Shown here: piece by piece, positions 1 through 11,300 of the stretch
How the letters are laid out: each line of letters begins with the position of its first letter
How positions within the stretch are numbered: position 1 is the stretch's first letter
The notes under the pieces: model-generated
What the model was told of the DNA's origin: nothing
The model's database searches: none
What the model saw: only the letters and a program-made list of their open reading frames with translations
Program-made: the position numbers and the translations under genes
Assembly (NCBI GenBank): GCA_043228905.1
Contig: JBHGNT010000012.1
Span: 17,794,001-17,858,000, forward strand
DNA: 64,000 bases
DNA from: Azolla caroliniana
Lineage: Eukaryota; Plantae; Polypodiophyta
Direction of reading: 5' to 3'

Positions 1-560
1 GTGCCCAGAACTTGTGTTAAAGTTTCCAATGTAAGTACAACCATGTTAACGAGTAATGTATGCCAGGATAGTTAATCATAAGACCTCTCTAGACATAGTC
101 AAATTCTCATAATACACATTAAAATCTTATATATATTCTGCATCCACACCCACATATAGTATGCATATATGTCACACATACATGCATATAAAATACATGT
201 GTATGCATACAGTAAATAACAATGGCTTCCCATGTCATCTATTAGCCTGCAGGCGGACGAAGTCAGATCTCATTTGGTTCCGATGACGGGCCTGACTATG
301 GGATACAAGGCACGAAGAATACGCATCCCAACCAGAAAGTTGTCGAGGTGTCAGGAAACAAGCTCTTTGAGAAGGATTCAGCTCTACATGGATATAGTAC
401 TGAGCATAAGAACAGTAGTCATAGTGTGAGTGCTGCAAAGCGTCGAGAAATGCTGGGAAACAATATTTTCTCTACCTTGGACACTCCTGCTCCAGAAATC
501 TATTCAAGGATTAGCTATAAACAACCACCAGGTGGTAGAAGCAACTTGAAGCTTCTTTAA
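1..560 (+). CDS. 3' part of a DUF4057-family plant protein (last two exons: <1..30, 246..560)
   Basis: 1..30 reads VPRTCVKVSN followed by GTAAGT. The acceptor TAG at 243-245 gives PAGGRSQISFG...KVVEVSGNKLF...SAAKRREMLGNNIF...KQPPGGRSNLKLL* (TAA 558-560). This matches the recalled DUF4057 C-terminal pattern (VKVSNPAGG...S.AK.REM.GN.IF...KPPGG.S). Confidence 0.8.
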
Positions 561-1616
561 AGAGCACCAAAAATGTGATATACATGGATGGCCGAAGTAG
601 GCCTATTGTTTGAATATGTGCACAGTGATTTCTTTGTATGTTGTCATTTTTCGAGAGTTTTTCTTTATATAACTAGCTCTTTTGTTTTCTTGATCTACCA
701 TGCCATCACCACAGGAGAATATCTTTCAAGGTCTAGAATTTCACTTCTTATTGGATAGATGTTCATAAAAAAAGTTGACATTCTCTTGTGTCCTTAGTTA
801 TCATGCATGTTTGATAAATCGTTGAATGAAGCCTCATGGTATGCTACTGCCATTAAAGGATGTGATAGAATCTCAAGCAAAGCATTAGTGTTAATTCTTG
901 AGATCACAAGAATTTTTCATGAAACATCTTCGTTTTATCAATTAAATGATGTGTCCCTTGAAAAGCTGATGGTCTTGCTTTCAACCAAAATTTGGACATG
1001 GGATGTAACAGTCTTTGGCATGAAAAGCTCAGATTCTACCATTTACGTGATCAATTGTTGCCGCTCAAGAATTCCCTTTGTTTTCATTACCAATGAACTC
1101 TTATCTTTTTACCTCAACTAACCAAATTTTCGGTTGTTTATATTATCACAAATTTTAGAAGGCCATAAGAGCAGACAAAGCAAGTAATGTTTGCCAAATA
1201 GAATCACATACATGAGGTACATGAAATGTGGTTTGCATGCTTCTAAATGTGATTATATGCCTACCTGGTATTGAAATAGCATTTTCTAAAACTAATGAAC
1301 CTAACTTTGTTGAGAGTTGCAAGGATGGAAGTGCCTATGTTGGTAGAGAATAACTATGTTGTATCATTTACCTACCAAGTGATAACCAAAGGTACCATGT
1401 CGTGCCATTTTCCACCATTTGGTATGACATGGAACAGTTGTACTAAACCCAACCATGAAAGCAAGATATGACATCCTTGCATCAAAACCTTTATGAGAGA
1501 TAAATTGGCCATTTACTCAACCAATGCCAATGATCACATGCCCTCGCCATATTACAATTTGTTGTTTGGACTGCCAAAAACCTAGTCTTGTTGAGAATCA
1601 TTAAGCTGTGCAATGG

Positions 1617-1880
1617 AAACATAAATATTAAATGTCCTTAGAAACAAAAGCAAATCCGAACACGGTGAAGATGAACACACGAGCACCACCAAAATGCCAA
1701 TCCCAACGAACCACGACCACCCGAACGGCGAGCACACGCCGAACCACAAGCTCAATCAAAACATAAATATTAAATGCCCTTAGAAACAAAAGCAAATCCA
1801 AACACGGTGAAGATGAACACACGAGCACCACCAAAATGCCAATCCCAACGAACCACGACCACCCAAACGGCGAGCACACG
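1617..1880. repeat. Tandem duplication, 142-bp period (two ~122-bp near-identical copies)
   Basis: AAACATAAATATTAAATG...GGCGAGCACACG at 1617-1738 and 1759-1880, with only a few substitutions. Confidence 0.9.
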
Positions 1881-4459
1881 GGCTTGCAATGACGAACCAA
1901 CGAAGCTTGGGCTCACGAGCACTTTGAGTGCCGACACGAAGAAGACGAGCACGTGACGATGGGGGGATGAAGGGGTATGAGATGAAGAGAAGTGGTGAAT
2001 AAGAAGATGAAGAGCTTCGAAGGAAAATTGGCGATAATTTCCTCCTCCCAAAACGTCCTCCCGAATGAGCCCCCCTCGACCTCCTTTTATAGGAAAAAAA
2101 GAAGGGAGGTCGCCACGGGAATGCCTTACCTCTGAGTGCGATTTGAATAATTGATTCGCGTTTTCTGAGACAATAAACCAAATTTTATTCCCGAATATTC
2201 AGTTTGATAACCTACCGTAACCCCAAACGAACAAAATTCCGTAAACAACCCTCAGTTCTCGATTGTCTGGAAACATCTCGGCTGACGAGTTACTTAGGGG
2301 AAGAAGAATCACAAAGCTATTCCATTTACGTAAAAAATCCCTTATTGAAGGACCGGATTAACAATTATAATAAACGTTTCAAGTATATTTATTTGTTAAA
2401 TAGTTTTACCGATTTTCTGCGAGGTTTGTAGTTTTGTTGATTCCGGAGAAGAAAAAAACGCGGTATAATACCAAATAGATTGAACCGTTATTTGCTTCTT
2501 AAATGCAATATTTAAGTTCATTTCTATATCGTGAAGCACATTCTTCACGACAACGTAGCATCTTAAAGCTCTTCCCCATACTTCCAGCCATTAACACCTA
2601 GCTGGATGCACCTCTGTAAAAGGCACTCATTCCAAGGATCCATTGTTGTTCAAAGCCTAGGATCTATGATGCAACAATAAATGCATCAGGAGAAAGTTAG
2701 TCTACATCTTTTATATGTATCTCCATAGATATCTAAACCAATTTAAAACGTTGAGAGAGTGGGTATGATATCATGAAGTATCTATTAGATTCATAGAGTA
2801 TTACAAGAGTGAACCATTTACACTCTTTCTCTTAACAATTGTGGTTGACCTTGATATCTCGACACCCCTTTAAACTCAATTGTATGGTATGCACAACAAC
2901 CTTGGATTTCGTATTCATGTTATTATCATTGCCCCTCAAATTCAGCCAAATGTCATTGAAAATTTTCTATATCAAGTGCGATGTTGAGAATTGTTGATTG
3001 GTTTTAATTGTCCCCACCCAATCAAACATTGAAGTCATTAAGTATCCCATATAAGACCCATGATAATGTAAGTTATATGGTCTACCTTAAATATATTGTT
3101 TTATCCACTTGTTTAAATCATATGGTTTTTAAGCAGTATTGAGTTTAAGGACTACTGAAAATGTATCCCACTAACACCAATAGACTTAGGAATAGGCTGA
3201 TATTGTAATTTGATAGCACTTTCAAAACGTATTAGAATCAAATCCTCTTCTTTGATACTACCACATGGGCCATCATCTTTCCCTATACTTCGGGGATGCC
3301 TCGATATCATATAGTTCACAATTTTATAAATAACCGAGCATTGTTAATTAATTTGATGCACACTATGTTCCTTGCACCAATCTTTGGTAACCCTCTCAAG
3401 CAAATGCAATGTAAAGATAGATCATAGAATATTATTAGCACAAGTGCTACTAATCATTCTCTCATAACAAAACCAATCTCAAATCAGATAATATTGATCT
3501 AGAAGACCCATGCTCTATATTGATCTTTATGAAGTAAAGTACTCCTAGTAAAGTCCAGAATTATTAATACATGTATACCCAAAACACTAGGCATGTTTCC
3601 AATCTAGAGAACATTAAGTAGGTCTTTAATAGTTTGGTTGTCATTTTTGTGTTCATTAGTCACATCCACAGTGACATATTCACATTCGTGGGGCCTGCCC
3701 CACGAATTCATACAAATAGGAATATGAATGCATGTAAATGTATTCATTTTCTTTTCTTTTTTTAATTTTTTTTAAAAAATAAAAAATGAAAAATTGTTTT
3801 TTTCCTGTGAGCGAGTGAACGAACAAGCAAGCGAGGAAGCCTCACTCTACTCCCTATGTGTGTTGCCCTTGCTTCCCTCGCATCTTGTTCTCGGCCAAGA
3901 AATTAGGGTTTCGGCTGAAAACCCTAATTTCTATCATAATCCTAATTTCGACAATATTTCTCTTTTCAGCCCGCATCGTTGACTCCCTCTCATGCTCTAT
4001 TCTAATCCTACATCTTGTTCTCTACTACAAACTCAAGCTTTCACTGAAACCCTAAGTTTAGCAAGAGCCCTAATTAATTATTAATTAATTAACTAATATT
4101 TTCCAATGAATTAAGATATGTATTAGTAAATTAATTAATGTTTAAGTGAATTAATTTATTATTATATTAGTGAGTTAATTACTTATTGATGTATGTGTGT
4201 AATGATATATGTGTGTATACACATATGTATGTGTGTATATGTATATATCATATATGTATGTGGATATATGTGTGTGTATATACATATCTCATGTGTATGT
4301 GTGTACATGTATATGTAAATGAATGGTTTTATAATATTCTTGGGGCTGTTTTATATTCTCAAATATTGCGAATATTACGGATGTCGAATACCACGTATAT
4401 TACGCATGGGTCAATCTATAGTCACATCAATTCCTCATTTGGGTTATTTGTGGATAGTC

Positions 4460-4930
4460 TTACAAAAAAACTCCAGAATTGTCACTTCACATAATCCCAA
4501 GCAAGCAAAAACGTCTGGAAAAAGAATATGCTCTTGCTACTCCAAATACCCATCAATCCCACAATGACATTAGTAAATCAATTGGCACACAAATACCCCA
4601 ACCTCACCTTTTAGTACCAATCAAGACTTTGTCAAAATATTTTCATACGAACAATTGCCAAACACCATGCCTAATGAGCTGCAACATTCTCATGAATCCC
4701 TTCCACAATGGGCAACATGAAAGTTGGCCAGCCATCTTTTATCAATCATTGTAATTTGCAAAATGCTAACAAGAAACACTTCCAAACACCATTGTCCCAC
4801 CCCAAGGGGCTCTTACAAGTTCCCATATTGAAAGTAAAACTTCACTCGCTATCTATGTCAAAATCGAGGAACAAATTTCAAAATATCTTGCCAACCATAT
4901 GGAAAGCATTGAAGCAAGCAGAAGCAATTT
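4460..4930 (-). mobile_element. Decayed non-LTR retrotransposon (LINE) C-terminal fragment
   Basis: Interrupted minus-strand translation ...CHCGIDGYLE*QEHILF...LAWDYVK resembles the zf-RVT Cys/His motif of L1-type ORF2. Many stops. Confidence 0.35.
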
Positions 4931-5370
4931 TTTAACATTTTATCGGCAGTGAACAACTTCAGACATTATCCATTTCCTTCTTGCAAGTGTTAAAAAACTG
5001 GGTTTTGAGATCATGTGGAAAATTTGTAAAGAATTAAATGTACTCGGGATTCCAAATTGAGCACTCAAGAAACCTTTCATGAAATATTAACAAAATTTTC
5101 AACAGCTTTCCATCTGTAAAGTTCTATTGCATTGAGCTGTAGAGCTCAATATTTATTGCCTATTACTCTAATGCTGCCAAAACTATACCTTTCCAGCCTC
5201 AAATGTGTACAACTTACTTCTATTGATTGCTGAATTTGGATTTACAATTAAATTACATTGTCACATGGAATGACAGTAATATGGAGAGCAGACCTGAAAT
5301 AAATGGAATTCTTCGCTGCTTGAAACTGAGTGGATTCTATTTCTGGGATAGAGTGGAGAATTAGGCATCT

Positions 5371-8300
5371 CTAAACTTGTTTAAGAAATTTCCATGGTCC
5401 AGTTGCGGAACTCAACCTATAAACACAATGTACAACACCTTGGCATGTTTAGAAAAAGCCCTAATTTTTCTATTAATGGTAAGACCTGCCTGTAAAGAAT
5501 AATAAGGGTCATTAGCTACCTCCACCAACCAGCAGCAGCTCGTAAGCCCATTAAGAATGACAATCCCAGCCATACACCAGGAATTCCCAAATATGAGGGT
5601 GCAATAAGTAAACACATAGATGACAACAAACCTATCAACATCTGAGAATAACAAAGAAATATATAAATAGAGGAAATAATTTAATATTCAGAGATCAACA
5701 TATAATGCATATATCCAGTAAACAACTTGCCATAGAACATGCCGCATACTGAAAATCTGAAACTCCGTAGTGAATACCATCAAAAACAAATGCTAGAGCA
5801 TTCAGGGGCTGAGTACCAGCAACAAACTAAAAAAAGAGAACAAGGGCACCATCAATAACAAAATAACCAACACAAATGCAGGAAAAATTGTCATGAAGAC
5901 ATTACTGCTCTAGAAAAATTTGTGTTATTAGCTAAAAGTTTTTTAAGAATGATGTCTAGCAAAAAGTCAGCTTCATATAAAGGGAGTCAAATCCAGTTGA
6001 AACAGGCTCCCATGTTTTTCTGATAGGAAAATAATGCATGAAAAAAACGTCCACATAGAAAGAAAGAACTTGAAAATCAATGTGGAACCAAGCCTTGACG
6101 AACCTCGTCCTCAAGATAACACATACCAATCGATCCATCACACAGTTCATATCTTCGCTGCAGCAGCCCGCCCCTTCCACTCCGACAGCCCACCCACCCA
6201 GTCCTTGAAATAACAATGATTCGAGCTGGTTGCACAGTTCGCAGTCAAGATCACCCAGTTAGTTCTACGTGCCGACCCATCTATGTCCGAGGAGATGAAG
6301 CTCTTTTTCTTGTATCTTTGCCTACAACAAGACCTCTCCCGTAGAGTCGCACATCAAGGCCGCACCACTTACCACAACGCCATCGAGATCACCCAACGTA
6401 TCGAGGCAACAGAAAACCCAACAATGGGAATCCTATCCCCGTGCCTTGTCCATGCACGTCATCACTGGATCCCACTGACACCGTTGTGATGTGGGGTGCC
6501 CGATATTGAAAAATGTGGGAAAAAGACAAAGTAGGATGGCCACAAACTGTATATATAAATATGAAAATATAAATATAATAGTATGAGTGATTGGCCAAGT
6601 GGTTAGATCCATTGACTTAATATTGTAGGTGTAGAGTTCAAATCTTTGCCAACGCAATACTAATTACGGAATATTTATTCTTTTTCGATTTTTGTTTCAT
6701 GAAATTTTGTTTCTTCTTTAACATTTTTCAACATTCTGAGTCGGCTTGAGGAAAAGGAGCTCTCCATTTTTTATGTTAGTTTTTTGGCATCTCGAGCTCC
6801 ACCACGGTTTTTCGCATGGAGGTGTATTGTTTTCTTCACTCTTCTAATCAGGTGATCGTTGCGATCTTCGTCATCACCAAGCTCGTTACGTGTGGACAGT
6901 TTCACGAAGGGAAAAGGTTAGCTTGCTTACCAACTGTTTGGTGGAAGCACAGAGTGGCCCGAGGACATTACTCCGACATTGACGCATCGTAGCCACCGGT
7001 AGTAGTCTCAATCTTGGCAATCCACTTGACTAATTGCATTGTAAAAGCCACCACATTCGAGGCGTTATTTGTGAAGCCCAATTGACATTTTGTAAAACAA
7101 AAATTCGTTTTGACTAATGCTACTAAGTTCGTATCCTCCAAGCATTCGAGTTCCCTCTGAACGATTGAGTCCACCGAACATTCACGTCCACCTTTACGTC
7201 CGAGTTTGCCAACATTCGTGTCCTCCTAATCTTCGCGTTCTCCCCAGTCCAAGGCCCCCGTGGTCTCGCTCGAGTAGGCACATATCATGGTGTCAACTAG
7301 ACGACACACGTCCAACACTGAAGAAAACCATAGCATCCACCAGTGGAGCTAACCTATTTCAAGATATGGACTTCTCAAAAATGGTGTTTGCAAATGGCCT
7401 ACCGAATCTAAGCAACACAGGATAGAAAAAAAGACCTAGAAGAAGCGCCAAGGAATAACGCCAACAACATGCCCGGATCCAAATGAAAGAAGATTTGGCC
7501 TCGACAGTAGAAGTCGTAGACGACGTCAGCCTCCCCGGTGCCACCATACCTTCACATATCATCGATTTTCTCAACAACTCAATCGAAGAATTTAAAAGGT
7601 TAACGTTATCAAAAGCACTTCTCAAAAATGCCACTGAGAAAGAAGAAGGGATCTTCCCCAACTGCCTTTTGAGTCAAACCTCCGAAGTTGACTATTGGTG
7701 ATGAACAAGCAAACATCTTTTTTCAAGACAAAATGCCAGAGTTATAGTTGACGTTTTTGTTGCTATTGGTGATGAACAAGCAAACATCTTTTTTCAAGAC
7801 AAAATGCCAGAGTTATAGTTGACGTTTTTGTTGTCGTTTGGTCTTTTGGGATATCGTGGCCATCGTACTTTTTTGTGTTGTCCTGGTTGCCTAAGACTTT
7901 TTTTACCATTTGGGGCCAAATGCTCAACATCTTCCATAGCTTGATCACGTTTTTCGTTTCTTGCGAAAAAAGCTTCTTTTATCTTGCTATTAAGAAAGTT
8001 CACCTGGTCAACTTGAAAGTGTTGATGGTTTGCAAAATGTCTCTTCTTGTTTCCTTTTTCCATTCCTCAAGTGCGTTTTACCACACTTCGGTTAGAGTGG
8101 AGTAAGTTACCTAGGGATTGGGCGAGAGTCTACCATTTCACAATCTACTAAGAGTGTAAAAACTTGGTTAAAGGTTTTCATCAAAATATTATAGGATATT
8201 ATTTTAACTTATTTTCCAATGCTTTTGATGTGGAGTCGAGGGCTTGAAGATATGCATCTTGTAAGACTTTTTTGTAGACCTCACATAACTCTAGCATTTT

Positions 8301-11300
8301 GTCTTGAAAGAAGATGTTTGCTTGTTCATCACCAATAGTCAACTTGGGAGGTTTGACTTGAAGGCAATTGGGGAAGATCCCTTCTTTCTCTGTAGCATTT
8401 TGAGAAGAAATGCTTTTGCCTTCTCTAAAGATAATGTTAACCTTTTAAATTCTTCGATTGATTTGTTGAGAAAATTGATGATATGTGAAGGTATGGTGGC
8501 ACTAGGGAGGCCGACGCCATCTATGACTTCTTCCAACAACGCCAAATCTTCTTCCATTTGGATCATGGCATGTCGTTGGCATTGTTCCTTGGGAGTATCC
8601 ACTTCTACGCTTCTTCCAAGTCTTTTTTTCTGTCCCATGTTGCTTACTTTTGGTAGGCCATTTGCAAGTCCATATCCCGAAATAGATTAGCTCTGCTTGT
8701 GGATGCTATGTTTTCTTCGGTGTTGGGTGTGCCTTCTCTAGTTGACGCCATGATATGGGGGTTTACACCACACCGTATCGATGGACATCAACATTGAAAA
8801 TGCACAAACATGAACCAAGAGGGTCACGTCAAGAAATGTTTATTTTGTAACTATGGTCACGTCAAGAAATACTGCAAGAAGTGTTACCCGAGAGCTTGGC
8901 CAAAGAAGCGGCATTAGTCAACTCCAAGTTCTGCATCTGCCAAGTAGCCTTACAATATTTCTTGACTTGACCATAGTTGTTACAAAACAAACATTTGGGC
9001 TTACCTTGGGCATCGCGTTCTAGGAGCACCTCTTGTCGTTTGTCTAGGCATATTGAACAACAAAACCAGATAGTTGGTATAAAGTAAATTGCCTGATGTT
9101 TCCAAATTAGTCCAACTTTATATTCCTTCAGCATAAACCGTATATCTCAGATAGGTTGTATTCAAATTGGTTGGTAGTATTGGAATGTAATCATTGTCTA
9201 GAATGACAAAGATTTCCAACCAGGAAATAGTACCATCTACTGATAAATAGCGCAATATATTCTCGTGGATTTCCACTCTTGTCGTTTGTCTAGGCATATT
9301 GAACATTAATGTCCATTGGGACAGTGCCGGTGGGATCCGGTGACAACATGCATGAGCAAGGCATGGGGGTCTAGATGCCTATCTTGATATGTTGGGGAAT
9401 ATTGATGCCATTGTGGTAATTGGTGGGGCCTTGATGTACGACATTGCCAAAGCGGTCATGCCGTAGGCGAGGATGCAAGAAAAGGAGCAAGGTTGGCAAG
9501 CATTGCAGAGTGCTCATGAGCTGACACGTTGAACGGCTGGCCGAGGCTGAGGGCTTGGCTTAGGTGCGAGAGATTAATAAGATGAAAGGGAAAACTCTTC
9601 TACCCTTTTGGTGGGCAGACGTTTCACTGATATACAGGCCCAAATGGACAGGCTGTTACACATGGATGTAGCCCAAATCGGCTACGTGTATGACGTTAAC
9701 CATTACTCATGGCGGCTGCTTGGGCTACGCCCATGGTGCCTTGTCTCCCGCATGGCACCTCGCATGAGAGTGGTTGGGACCGGACCGAGCCGGGACTGAA
9801 CCAAAATTGCCGTCCCCACTCCACACCTCCCCCCCGTAAACCCAGGGTGATCTTCACTTATGCGCAGGTTGGGATTGGGCTAATGTCATGGCAGTTGCGG
9901 AGTTACTTGAGGACATCAGGGAGGAAATGCACATTAAGCATGATACTTGAGCTGTAGTGAGTGTGCTACCCTCCAACAACCGTTGCTTATAATTGCAGGG
10001 GCTGATTTGCTCAAATGACGAAGTAAGTACCAACCCAACGATGGAGGAGGGACTCAAAGATACAGTGGCCCGAGCTCTCCTGGACAAATTAATCTGACCA
10101 ATGTTCCCAATTCCAAGGGAACTGTCCGAGAGGATGAAGATGATCAAGCAGACCATCTCCACCTATGTGGATCCTCTACACCAAGATTGGGACCAGATCC
10201 TACCTTTTACAATCCATGCATACAACACATCTGTGAAAGCATCAACCAGGATAAGCCCTTTCTGCACACTATATGGTCGCAATCCTTGACTACCTCTAGA
10301 CCCCCAATCAATACAGGTGAATCCCCCAGCACGCAGATGCCATGGAATGGTGGCTCTACTTGCAACACCACCAGCTGATACTGCAACAGGCCCTGCAGTA
10401 CAATTTGCCAGTCGCACAGCAAAGGCAAAAGCAAGCATACGATATTTACCCGTTTGACCCACCTTCTGTCTGGGGGACACAGCCCGACTATATTTCCCTC
10501 TATGTTGTCAGGGACTCTCTAAGTCCCTCCTCAACTGTTGGAGGGTAGCACACTCGCTACAACTCACGTATCGTGCATGAAGCATGTTCCCTTCCCAGCA
10601 TCCCCAAGTCACTCTTCAGCCGCCACGACACCAGCTCAATCCAAACCCTAGCATAAGCCAAGATCAGCCCGGGTTCGGTCAGGAAGGGGATGTGGATTGG
10701 GGCTGAGTCCAGTTCAATCCTGGCTGTCTGGTCCCATCCACTCCCATGCGAGGCGCCATGGTGCCCCTCATGCAGCCACCATGTGTAGCAATTAGGCACC
10801 ATGCTGGGCTACACGCATGTGTAACAGACCCTTTGGGCCTCTATATAAGTGGAGCATTAGCCTACCAAAAAGAGAGAGGAGGTTCCCCTTCTTGTGTATA
10901 TCACCATATCATTAATATTGATTTAATCTTTAAAACATGTTCGCTCTTTTCACCATTTGTTTCAAAGTTTCATTCTAATGCCAAACTTTACTATATTGCA
11001 TTGCAATGTTTACCATGATGCCTTGCAATACAATGAATTTCTTTTCAAGCATGTCAACAGTATTGAACTAGAAAAACAGACCTTACATTTAAGAAACTTA
11101 TTTGTTAATAATTTGTGATACTCACATGAGAAATGCCCATACTCAATAACAAGAAGAGAACATCATGTGCAAGATACAATAAATTTTGCTAAAAAATGCG
11201 TACCAAAACACCCTTCATAAACACTGCCTTTACAGCTGGATCTTCTGTAAAGCATTCAGCTATTCGACCCAAAGCCACACTTAGAAATAGTGTAAGCAGT

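Noticed and set aside
2440-2480. Possible Helitron 3' end (CGCGGTATAATACC)
   Set aside because: No intact GC hairpin and no CTRR terminus.
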